From Candidatus Magasanikiibacteriota bacterium (lineage in GTDB: Bacteria > Patescibacteriota > Patescibacteriia > Magasanikbacterales > UBA922), in assembly GCA_021648085.1 (NCBI GenBank), contig JAKITS010000001.1, forward strand, positions 1-43,433: a stretch of 43,433 nt of DNA, given 5' to 3'. A program made the translations under genes and the position numbers. The notes beneath the pieces were generated by a model, which was given only the letters and a program-made list of their open reading frames with translations, was not told where the DNA came from and did not search any database. Positions 18,867-29,400 of this stretch are shown here, one piece after another (position 1 is the stretch's first letter; each line of letters starts with the position of its first letter).

Positions 18867-18906
18867 AGAAGTTGAAAGTTTATAAAGTAGAAAACCATAA
18901 ACACAC

Positions 18907-19030
18907 ACGTCATCCTGAGCGATAGCCGAAGGATCTCACAACAAAAACACCAGAACTTTAAATATTCAAAGTCTTAATGACATTGTCACGAGATGTTTCG
19001 ACTCCGTTTCACTCCGCTCAATATGACGTG
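18907..19030. repeat. Family-1 palindromic element (left arm shortened)
   Basis: ACGTCATCCTGAGCGATAGCCGAAGGATCTCAC ... CACGAGATGTTTCGACTCCGTTTCACTCCGCTCAATATGACGTG. Confidence 0.85.
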
Positions 19031-19095
19031 AATAGAGTTTTCTGTTATGTGAATCGAAGACAAGATTTTAAAATTATATACTACTTCACTACAAA

Positions 19096-19716
19096 GTGAA
19101 AATAAATATGAAAATAATAAAAGAAAAAGACATTTCAATAAAAGAAATAGTAAAAGCTTTGCAGAGTGGTAAAGTGATTGTTTATCCTACGGAAACTTCA
19201 TATGGTTTTGGAGTAGATGCTACAAACAAAGAAGCTGTAAATAAAATTTTTAAAATTAAACAAAGACAAAAAGGAAAACCTGTTTTGGTCGTGATGCCAA
19301 ATATTCATATGGCAATGGAATATGTAGAATGGAGTGAAAAATTGGATGAATTGGCACAAAAATATTGGCCAGGTCCGCTTACAGTTGTAGTGCCAACAAA
19401 AAATAATCACAATTTGGCGTCTGGGGTTGTGGCAGGTGATAACACTCTTGCATTTAGAATTTCTAGCCATCCACTTGTCGCAGAATTGACACAAAAACTT
19501 GGAAAGCCAATTGTCTCAACATCTGCAAATTTGGCATCTCAAAATGATCCGTACGACGCACAAGAAATTATAAGTATTTTTGAAAAAGAAGAAAATAAAC
19601 CAGATATAATAATTGATGCAGGAGAATTGCCAGAAGAGAGTCCTTCAACTATAATAAGATTGTTAAATGGTGAGTTAGAAGTTTTAAGACAAGGACAAGT
19701 GAAGATGAATCGCTAG
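19096..19716 (+). CDS. tsaC: L-threonylcarbamoyladenylate synthase, YrdC/TsaC family
   Basis: VIVYPTETSYGFGVDATN, ...PGPLTVV..., ...VSTSANL.... The GTG at 19096 and the ATG at 19108 are both possible starts. Confidence 0.85.
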   Translation: MKINMKIIKEKDISIKEIVKALQSGKVIVYPTETSYGFGVDATNKEAVNKIFKIKQRQKGKPVLVVMPNIHMAMEYVEWSEKLDELAQKYWPGPLTVVVPTKNNHNLASGVVAGDNTLAFRISSHPLVAELTQKLGKPIVSTSANLASQNDPYDAQEIISIFEKEENKPDIIIDAGELPEESPSTIIRLLNGELEVLRQGQVKMNR

Positions 19717-19880
19717 TACTTGATGAATGGCTTCGCTTGGATTAGAAAGTTCCAAATGTTCTATTTGTTCTTATTTAATCTGTCGCACATTTAACGTTAT
19801 ATTGAGCGTAGTAAAACGAAGTCGAAATATCCCTATACAATATAACCAAAACACAAATAATTAAAATAAAACATTAACTC
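19717..19880. repeat. Composite repeat: 'CTTGATGAAT...GCTTCGCTTGGATT' module, one family-1 arm and the 'AAATAATTAAAATAAAACAT' module
   Basis: The same three modules recur at 22519-22700 with the outer module inverted: rc of 22629-22685 reads cttgatgaat...gcttcgcttggattgg, and aaataattaaaataaaacat occurs at both sites. Confidence 0.7.
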
Positions 19881-19911
19881 CTTTTTTCTTAATCCTTAAT
19901 TCTTTTCTAAT

Positions 19912-21075
19912 ATGTTCAATTGCGACAAGTGTAAAAAATATTTTAACAAAGAGTTGTTAAAATCTAGAAAATTTTGGTTTGGAGTTTCTATTCTTTTAAT
20001 CGCGGGTTCTTTTTTGACTGCTTTTTCTTTTTATTTTAACTCTTCTTTTACAGAAAAAATAAATGAAAAAATAGGTGAAATTGTAGAAGAGGAGGATAAA
20101 AAACCAATTAAAATTGAAGCAAAAGCAATTTACCTAACAGCATATTCAGCAGGCTCACCAAAAAAGTTGGATGCAATGATAGATTTGCTAGAAAAAACAG
20201 AGTTGAATGCAGTTGTAATTGATACAAAAGATTATAGTGGAAGAGTTTTATATGATAGTAATATTGAAATGGTAAATGAGTTGGGTTTGGAGGACGACAG
20301 AGTTGGAGATTTGCGAGCTATAATAGAAAAACTTCACGAAAAAGGAATTTATGTAATAGCACGCCAGACAGTTTTTCAAGATCCAATTTTGGCAGAAAAA
20401 AAACCAGAATGGGCAATAAAGCGTTATGGCGGTTGGCTTTGGCGAGATCATAAAGGTCTTGCTTGGGTTGATCCTACAGTTAAAGAAGTTTGGCAGTACA
20501 ATGTTGATATTGCAAAAGAATCCATTGCTTTGGGATTTGATGAAATTAATTTTGATTATGTTCGTTTTCCATCCGACGGAAATATTCGTGCAGCCATTTA
20601 CAATGATTTGGGCGACAGACAAAAACACGATGTAATGCGTGAATTTTATACATTTTTGGGGGATGAGTTAAAAGATGAGTCAGCTTGGATTTCAATAGAT
20701 ATGTTTGGTTTTGTAATGGAGCGCCACAATGGACTTTCAATCGGTCAAAGATTGGAAGATGCTGTGGATAATGTTGATTATATTTCACCTATGATGTATC
20801 CATCTCACTATCCTTCTGGGCATTTGGGACTGATAAATCCAGCAGCAAATCCAGGACCAGTGATAGAAAATGGAATGAAAAAAGGAGCTCCTTATTTTGA
20901 AGGTAAGCGCGCGCAAGCTCGCCCATGGATCCAAGCTTTTCATATGGGTGCTACTTACAATGCAGCTAGAATTCGTGCGCAAATAGATATGGTAGAAAAG
21001 TATAGCGATGCTGGTTGGTTGCTTTGGAATGCATCAAATAGGTATACAACAGCAGGACTGAAATTGGTTGAATAG
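19912..21075 (+). CDS. Membrane-anchored putative glycoside-hydrolase-like TIM-barrel protein
   Basis: N-terminal TM helix, then AIYLTAYSAG...NAVVIDTKD...GIYVIARQTVFQD...FDEINFDYVRFP...ISPMMYPSHY. This pattern recalls the uncharacterised 'putative glycoside hydrolase' family of Firmicutes/CPR. Assigned from memory only. Confidence 0.45.
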   Translation: MFNCDKCKKYFNKELLKSRKFWFGVSILLIAGSFLTAFSFYFNSSFTEKINEKIGEIVEEEDKKPIKIEAKAIYLTAYSAGSPKKLDAMIDLLEKTELNAVVIDTKDYSGRVLYDSNIEMVNELGLEDDRVGDLRAIIEKLHEKGIYVIARQTVFQDPILAEKKPEWAIKRYGGWLWRDHKGLAWVDPTVKEVWQYNVDIAKESIALGFDEINFDYVRFPSDGNIRAAIYNDLGDRQKHDVMREFYTFLGDELKDESAWISIDMFGFVMERHNGLSIGQRLEDAVDNVDYISPMMYPSHYPSGHLGLINPAANPGPVIENGMKKGAPYFEGKRAQARPWIQAFHMGATYNAARIRAQIDMVEKYSDAGWLLWNASNRYTTAGLKLVE

Positions 21076-21123
21076 AGCGATGAAGCGTTTACATTTAACT
21101 AAAAGAAAGAGAAAAGTCATATG

Positions 21124-21308
21124 CGTCATATTGAGCGGAGTGAGACGGAATCGAAAAACCAAGATACGTCATATTGAGCGGAGTGAAGCGGAGTCGAAAT
21201 ATCTCGTGAAAGTATCATTAGAACCTTGGATATTTTACATTTTTATGATTCTGTTGCGAGATCCGTTCGACTTCATTCCGCTTCGCTCCATTTCGCTCAG
21301 GATGACGT
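21124..21308. repeat. Family-1 element with an extra 43-nt arm unit (inverted relative to the 6420 copy)
   Basis: CGTCATATTGAGCGGAGTGAGACGGAATCGAAAAACCAAGAT, then ACGTCATATTGAGCGGAGTGAAGCGGAGTCGAAATATCTCG, then the loop, then CGAGATCCGTTCGACTTCATTCCGCTTCGCTCCATTTCGCTCAGGATGACGT. Confidence 0.85.
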
Positions 21309-21355
21309 TTTTAACTTTCTACTTTATTAACTTTCCAACTTTATAAACTTAAAAC

Positions 21356-22198
21356 ATGGACACAGATTTATATAAACCAAGTAAATTGAAAGAAATTTGC
21401 GAAGAGTGCGGACTTAGACCAAGTAAATCTTATGGTCAAAATTATCTGGTTTCACCACATCCAATAGAAAAAATGGTAGAGGCGGGAGAGTTAGATAAAA
21501 ATGATATTGTAATAGAGGTTGGTCCTGGGTTTGGAGTTTTAACTTTTGCGATTGCTCCGTTGGCGAAAAGGGTTATAGCTTTTGAAATAGAAAAAAAGTT
21601 AGAAAAATATTGGGAAGAAAAACAGAAAGAAAATAAAAATATAGAAATAATTTGGGGGAATGTTTTAAAAAAATTGCCAATATTTTTGAAGGAAAATAAA
21701 ATTGAAGAATATAAAGTTATGGCAAATTTACCATATCAAATAACTTCACACATTTTGCGCACTTTTTTTGAATTAGAAAACAAACCAAAAAGTATAACAA
21801 TAATGGTACAAAAAGAAGTTGGACAAAGAATTTTGGCAAAAAGAGGTAATATGAATTTGCTTGCACTTTCTGTTCAGTTTTTTGGTGATCCAAGAATTGT
21901 TGCGAAAGTCGCATCGGGTTCTTTTTGGCCAAAACCAAAGGTGGATTCCGCAGTTTTACATATTACAAACATAGGAGAAGTGGAAAATGTAGACGAGTTT
22001 TTTAGGCTTGCAAAAGCAGGTTTTGCAAGTAAAAGAAAACAGCTTTGGAGAAATTTAAGCAATACTATAGATTTACCAAGAGAAAGAATAAAAGAAATTT
22101 TAAAAGATTTAACTGGAACAGAAAAAGTGAGAGCACAAGATTTGAGTTTGGGAGAATGGAAAGTTTTGGTTGAAAAAATGAAAAATTTTGTAAAGTAA
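21356..22198 (+). CDS. rsmA: 16S rRNA (adenine1518/1519-N6)-dimethyltransferase
   Basis: KSYGQNYL, VIEVGPGFGVLT and MANLPYQITS motifs. Confidence 0.9.
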   Translation: MDTDLYKPSKLKEICEECGLRPSKSYGQNYLVSPHPIEKMVEAGELDKNDIVIEVGPGFGVLTFAIAPLAKRVIAFEIEKKLEKYWEEKQKENKNIEIIWGNVLKKLPIFLKENKIEEYKVMANLPYQITSHILRTFFELENKPKSITIMVQKEVGQRILAKRGNMNLLALSVQFFGDPRIVAKVASGSFWPKPKVDSAVLHITNIGEVENVDEFFRLAKAGFASKRKQLWRNLSNTIDLPRERIKEILKDLTGTEKVRAQDLSLGEWKVLVEKMKNFVK

Positions 22199-22214
22199 AA
22201 AGTTTATAAAAAAC

Positions 22215-22563
22215 ACGTCATATTGAGCGAAGCAATGCGGAATTGAAAAACCAAGATACGTCATATTGAGCGGAGCAAGGCGGAATCGAAAACACAACAT
22301 ACGTCATATTGAACGAGGCAGGACGGAGTCGAAAAACCAAGATACGTCATATTGAGCGGAGTGAAACGGAGTCGAAATATCTCGTGAAAGTATCATTAGA
22401 ACTTTGGATATTTTGCGTTTTTGTGATTCTGTTGCGAGATCCTTCGGCTTCGCTCAGGATGACGTGTGAAAAAATACGTCATATTGAGCGAAGCAAGGCG
22501 GAGTCGAAAAACCAAGATACGTCGTCATATTGAGCGGAACGAAGTGAAGTCGAAATATCTTGG
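22215..22563. repeat. Array of 43-nt family-1 arm units (3 tandem, then a full palindromic element, then 2 more)
   Basis: ACGTCATATTGAGCG...CGAAAAACCAAGAT units start at 22215, 22258, 22301, 22344, 22476 and 22519. Units abut directly with no unique spacers. Confidence 0.9.
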
Positions 22564-22817
22564 TTTAATATCACTAAAATATAAATAATTAAAATAAAAC
22601 ATCAGCCCAGTCCTATCCTGTTCTATCATTTTCCAATCCAAGCGAAGCGATCTATTAAACTGAACGAAGTTTAGTGATTCATCAAGAAAAGCACAGCTTT
22701 TCGATACATCAAGCGACAATGATCCATCTTTTCTTTATGTTATACACAGCTACCTTATTGTCGGTAGTTGTGTTTTTTTGTTATAATATAATTACATAAA
22801 TAAGACCTATTCAAAAC

Positions 22818-23432
22818 ATGGATAATATAGAAGGTCAAAACAATAAATTAAATCGTACACAAAAGACGGGGTTCGTCTTGTTGTTTGTGTTCACGCTTTT
22901 GGTTGTAGGTTTGGGTTTTTTGCAAATGAGAAACACTATTTACAGTCCTTTTGTGGTAAAAGTTGAAAACAATCAAGGTAAAATAGGTGTATCAGATGAA
23001 AATACAAAACTTCAAAATATAGACACAGATAGAGATGGTATAAATGATTATGAAGAATTATATTTTTACGAGACTAGTCCATATTTACCAGATACAGATT
23101 CAGATGGAATTGGTGATAAAGAAGAAATAACTGCAGGCACAGACCCAAACTGTCCAGAAAGTGAAGTTTGTGAAGAGGTTTATATTGCAAGCTCCACAAC
23201 AAACCTAAGCCCAATAAAAAATATTGGTTCTGTAGATGCTAGTGCGGTGCAGACAGGGGGTACTAGCATAGAAGACCTACAAAATATATTGCAAGATCCA
23301 GAAAAAGTTAGAAAATTATTATTAGATACTGGGCAAATTTCACAAGAGCAATTAGACGGGATAGATGACCAAACGCTAATGAGTTTAGTAGAGAAAATGC
23401 TAGCAGAGGAGTCTGGAAATATCACACCATAA
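22818..23432 (+). CDS. Membrane-anchored protein with thrombospondin-type-3-like Ca-binding repeats
   Basis: N-terminal TM helix (GFVLLFVFTLLVVGLGFL), then DTDRDGINDYEE and DTDSDGIGDKEE (DxDxDGxxDxxE). Its stop lies 1 nt before the giant ORF's ATG. Confidence 0.7.
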   Translation: MDNIEGQNNKLNRTQKTGFVLLFVFTLLVVGLGFLQMRNTIYSPFVVKVENNQGKIGVSDENTKLQNIDTDRDGINDYEELYFYETSPYLPDTDSDGIGDKEEITAGTDPNCPESEVCEEVYIASSTTNLSPIKNIGSVDASAVQTGGTSIEDLQNILQDPEKVRKLLLDTGQISQEQLDGIDDQTLMSLVEKMLAEESGNITP

Positions 23433-23433
23433 T

Positions 23434-26400
23434 ATGTTTAAAAAAACACAAGGTTTTGCAAGAAAAGTAATAATAGGATTTGTAATAAGCACACAAGTCT
23501 TTATTGGTTTACTTTTTGCTGGGCCGGTGAAAGCTGGTACTATGGAAAGTGCTGGTTCTTTTATAAATAAATTTTCAGGAGATAGTCCTATTGGAGATGT
23601 TGTTAATGAAGCTGCTGATAAAGCTGCTTCTAAACTTGGTTATCCTGTAGTAGTTACGACAGATTTGGGAGATTATGTAGAGATGGCTTGGCAATCAATA
23701 TATGAAGCTAGTTTAAATGCACTAATGGGTGGTTTTTCACATTTTATGAATCAGCTTGCTTACGACACGGCTTTATATGTGACCTCTGGTGGAAGTGGGC
23801 AGGGTGCTTTAGTTTTCCAAGACGGATTTGGTAGCTATTTAGAAAAAACTTTTGAGGCAAGTACAATGGCTGCACTTGGAGAGCTTGAAGATCATTATGG
23901 GATAAATTTGTGTGAACCAAATACCGAAATTAAATTTTTCCTAAATGTAGGAATTCAAGATCTTCTTCTTCCAGAGATAGGACCACCAACACCACCAGCT
24001 TGTACTTGGCAAAAAATGTCAAAGGGTTGGTCAAATGCATACTACCAAACAGTCAATCAGTTAGAAGGAATTTTGGACGCTCCGCCAATTGAAGTTGCTT
24101 TTTTGGAGAGTGCCAATTTGGCAGATTCAGATTTTGGCATAGCTTTTGGAGCAATAGATTTGGTAAGGAAAAAAGCTGCACGAGATACAGAAGGTGCAAA
24201 AAATGAACGGTTAGAAGGAAATGGTTTTAAGCCTGTAAAAGATTTGGTTTCAGGCGCTATTGTCACACCCGCACATTTAATAGGTGAGGAGGCCGAAGGT
24301 TTAACTGGAAAAAGTTTTGCACAGATTAATAATACTCAAGTTGCAGGTCTTTATGGTTCTCAGGCTTTAAATGTTGTAATTGGCGCTTCTGGAATTTTCT
24401 TGAACAATGTTGCGTCGCAAATGCTTAAAAAGATTATGCAAGAAGGTCTGCTTCCAGTTCCAATAGGTGATTCTTCTTCATTTGGTTCGGCAGGTTTAGG
24501 AGACTATCGCCGTGCAGCAGAGTCAGCATTTAGCTTCTTTTTTACCTCTGTTCCTACAAAACAGCTAAATGCTTATAGTTTGGAAACAATTTTTGCAGCT
24601 TGCCCAGACAATCCTGGGTTAAACAATTGTGTAATAGATAGTGGAATGCAAAGAATTTTACAAATCGCAAAACAAGGTACTCCACTTACAGTACAAGAAG
24701 CTGTTGACCAAGGAATGCTAGATCCAAATAAGCCTTTTATTTCACCAAAAAGACTTTTAGATCACAACGATGTTAAGACTTGTTATCTAAAAGGATTTTG
24801 TTATTCAAACCTTCAAAAATTGAGAAAAGTTCGTGTTTTACCTGTTGGTTTTGAGCTTGCGGCTCTTCGCTCAGACCCAGACAATCTGCAGGCTTGGACA
24901 CTTGGGAAAGTAATGGCAGGTTTTGAAGATTGTACCAGAGATGGAGATGGTAAAGCTATTTTTGATATAGCAAAACCATTTTGTCATCTTGTGGATCCAA
25001 ATTGGACAATAAAAATTCCAGAAACTCGTTGTGAATCTTTGGTAAACGGACCAGAACTTTTGGATAGTAATATTTCAAATAGAAAAGAAGAATGTGTAGA
25101 TGTCTCAACTTGTGTGACAGAAGGGGAGAACGGAGAATGCCTCGGTGATTTTGGTTATTGTACAGAAGAAAAAAATGTCTGGAGAATAGAAGGAGAGACT
25201 TGTCCGGCAGAATACACAACTTGTCGCAATTATGTGGCGCAAAGCGGAGAGATAAACTCTTATCTTTCTAGAACTGTTGATTATGGAGAGTGTAGAGCAG
25301 AAAGTGTTGGTTGTCGTGCTTATAGTACAGAAAAGTCTGGAGACATTTGGACTTCTAGTGCAGACGCAAGCTCTAGATTGAAAAATTTAGGTAGAAATCA
25401 GACAATTTATTTTGGAAGTGAAATAAATGCTTCCACTTGTCCTGCAAATGCAGCTGGTTGTAGTGCTTTTTATACTTTAAATCAGGAAGGAGAAAAAGGA
25501 AGATTGACTTATCTCAAAAAAGCTCCAGATTATCTAACTTGTTATGATACACAGCCTGCAACACCAGAAATAGACTGGCCAACAACAAAAGCTGATTTAT
25601 CACTTCTTACAAACAATGATAAGTGTGATGCTTATGCAGAAGTTTGTCTTCCTGAGGAGGTTGCTTGTGATTTATATACTCCGCTTGCGGGTGGTCCAGA
25701 ACTTTCTGGTGTAATTGGCAACAATATTTGTGCAAGCGAATGTGTAGGTTATGATACTTTTAGACAAGAGTCCACATCTTTTGCACCAGAGGAATACCCA
25801 CTTTATCTCATCCCAACAAATGGAGATGTCTGTTCTGCTCAATATGCAGGCTGTGACGAGTTTACAAATATTGAAGCTGGTTCAGCAGGAGGAGAAACTT
25901 TGGAGTATTATAGTGATTTCAAACAATGTGAAAAACCAGATAGTGGAAATGACAAGGTTTTCTATTCTTGGGAAGGTTCAGTTTCAGAAGGTTTTGTGTT
26001 AAAAGTTCATCATCTATCACCAATAGATGATGCTAGAAATTCCTATATTCAAAATTTATCATTATTTGCAAATGCTAAAAATGATTTGGTGGTTGGTTCA
26101 CCAGCTTATTCAGATGATACAGCACAATCATTAAAAAACAATTACAAATCTTGTAATGAAAAAAACTATAACATTTTAATAAACGATCCTTTTAGTATAG
26201 ATTCTGCAGACGAAGATTGTAGGGCTTTTTATGATGATGAAGGTGAAGTATTTTATAGGCTTTTTGCAAAAACTATTACAGTTTCCAACTCTTGTCATAA
26301 AATTAGAAAAACAGAGTCAAGACTGTTTGTGGATAATACAATCGGTGATCAAAATTCTTGTGATCTAAAAAATGGAGTTTGGGACGGTGCAAGCTGTGAG

Positions 26401-29400
26401 CGTTGTTTCAATGGTGGAAGTTATGAAAATGGAGCTTGTATCTATCAAACTATTTCTAGTCCTAGCGAATCAAACTCTTGTCCAGTTTCTGTAAATGGTT
26501 GTAGGGCTTATGTAGGAAACGCAGGAAATAATATCAGAGAAATAATGTTCGATAGTTTTGAGCCTTTTGATAATTCACCAAATGCACTTCTCTCAGCACG
26601 CGAAGGTTGGGACAGTTCAGATGGTACAGGTCTAAGTGTGGTTGGAGAGGCTACTCAAGCTGGACTTCATTCTTTGCAGGTAAATTCAGATATTATATCT
26701 CGTGAGTTTGACGCAGGTGATATAACTCCAAATTCTTTTTACGAGCTTTCATTTTGGTCTCGCGGAGTACCGCAAAATTTAGATATTATAATGAAAGATG
26801 ACTCAGGTTTAGGAGTATCTTTTACAGTAAACTCAATTACAAATTCAACTGCACTGGTTTCAATTGGAGACAATTGGAAAGAATACAAACTTGGGCCTGT
26901 AGAATTCAAGGGAGCAGGTGTTGCAAACATAGAATTTACACGAAGTGCAATAGGTAGTACTTCTTTGGGTGTATATTTTATAGATAACGCGAGACTTACA
27001 AAAGTAAATGATTTTACATATTTGGTAAAAGATTCATGGCAAACTTCAGAAGGATACAATGTTCCTCTTTCTTGTGATAATACTCCAGAGGATTCATTGC
27101 CAGGGTTCGCACTTGGCTGTGAGGCTTTCAATGATCAACTTGGAACTACCTACTATGCCACAGGTTTTGAAAATTTATGTAGAGTAGAAGCTGTAGGATG
27201 TGAACCACTTTTAGACACTTTCAATACTACCGAAGGACAAGATTCAGAATTGGCTCAAATTTTCAATGCTTGGTGCGAAGGTGGTGTGGGTGAGTGTACT
27301 ATTTCTGTCGATGAGCCAACTTCGGATAGAAATAATACACAAATTCAAAAGAAAATAAATATTGGATCGTGTAATGTGGATATTGATCAAGACGGTTGTT
27401 ATATTTCAAAAATTATTGTCCCATCCCATATTGAGATTGGTGATTTAGACTATGTTAGAGTGGAAACAACAGTAATAATTCCAGCAGACACTTCAATAGA
27501 AAATCCTATTTACCTTACAAATAGTCAAAAATATAAATGTTCACCTCAAAAACTTGGTTGTCAGGAAGTTGCACTGGAATCACACATTCTACCTTCTAAC
27601 CAACCTCAAGCTTTTGAGTTTAGTGAGCAATTTGTATTGAGTAATCCAAACAATTATCAAGAAACTTTGTGCCAATCAGACCAAGTTGGTTGTGGGGAAT
27701 TTAGATCAGACAAAAATATTAGCTACTTTGTAGATCCAAAAATAACAGGAGGAAGTGTTTGTGTATACAAAAGTATAGGAGCTTCAGGAAGTGATAACTA
27801 TGGTTGGTTTTTGGACGGAATCGGTTCCTGTAGTTCTGGAAATGGAGATTTGTGTAAGGTGGATGACGATTGTAGTGGTGATACTAATATTTGTGAAAAT
27901 GTAGGTTCTACTGCTTGCTACGATGGATATATAAAACAAGGTGGAGAGCTTGGAATTTGGTCCAATGAATCTGTAAATTATGACGGTTTTGTAGGAGCTT
28001 GTGAACAGCAATATAATGCTTGTACAGAACTTGTAGATCCTGCAGACACATCAAATAATGCAGACGGTAAATCATACTTTGTAGTTTACGACGAAAAAAT
28101 GCAAGATCAATCTGGTGAGTGTGGTGGGCAAGTTAGTCAAAATGACGGCTGTGTACTTTTTGATAAAACAGACAATCCAAATAAAATATATAATTCTGTA
28201 GAAACTTACAAAAATAGTGAAGATGCAGATCCTAAATTTGGACCAGTAAATCCTGTTATGGACGGCGTTAAAGACACAAATGTAATTTTGAAAGTAAACA
28301 GAGATAGAGAATGTTCAGAGTGGCTAGCTTGTAAAACTTCTGTACCTTTTACAGATGAAAAAGGAGTTCGCACAGAGCTTTGTTATCAATACGATTTGTG
28401 TAATGAATCTCTGCCGGGAGTAGGTTGTATAAGTTGGGTTGGAGATGATAATGAAAATATAACTCTTAGCCCAGAGGAGTATGTTGTAAGAGGAACTTCT
28501 TGGTACGACAATGAATATACGGGTTATTCACTTCTTAATAAATACCCAGTTCAAGATTTTGTATATGTAGATTTCGATTTAAGTGATGATGCGGATAAAG
28601 AATTAGACGATGAGTTTGGAGATAGTTTGTTTTTGGGATATGAATTTGTACCAGCTCCTAGTTTTGAGCAGTTTGGTTGCGTTTTGAATGGTGTAAAAAA
28701 AGAACAGTTCCAGGTTTGTGGTCTTACAAATGGGGGTATTTGTACTGATAATGGTCAATGTATAAAACCTACGGATGGTGCATTTATTGGTGGCATAGAA
28801 GAGAAAAATGAAAAAAGTTTTAGAAATAGTAGATTGGTTTTAGAGACATTAGATGTTGGAATTTGTAAAAGTTTCCCAGAAAAAGATAGTCCATTTGGTT
28901 TTGATATTGTTGTAAATTCATATAAAACACTTATTACAAATGGAGTTTCTGCAACAAGAAAACGAATAACAGACAAAAAACGTGTATTCAGCGGCGCAAA
29001 CACTTGCCAAGACGGAGAGTGTAGTTGTGAGTACAAAAAAGTTTCTTACGGTGGGTCTGTTGTAGATTATTGGCCATTAACAAAAAGTGATCAAGAAATC
29101 CCGGGCGGTGTTTGTGCAAGCGGTAGTTTAGGTGGTAATCCGTGTAATTATAATTCAGATTGTAGTATTCTTAGTGATGAGGGATTGTCAAGTTATGGAA
29201 GTTGTATAAAAAGATTCAACACAGAGCGTCGTATTGGTCTTCGTGGTTTCTGTCTTGAGTATGACTTGTCTAGACCTATTGGAAATGGCGAGTACGCTTG
29301 TTTAACTTGGCTTCCAGTAGACGCTTCTGCTTCTAAAATAGATTTGCACAATTATTATCCAGAAGCTGGCTACTACCCAGTCCCAGAATATGACGCACCA

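Noticed and set aside
21068-21346. 92-aa ORF, and the similar 74-aa ORF at 22309..22533
   Set aside because: Both lie entirely within family-1 repeat arms. The shared peptide (RKTKIRHIERSE.ESKYLVKVSLE.W) is a by-product of translating the repeat, and neither has an RBS or a consistent start.
22215-22563. Possible CRISPR array (regularly spaced 43-nt units)
   Set aside because: The units abut directly with no unique spacers. They are arms of the palindromic family-1 element found throughout the window, and no cas genes are nearby.
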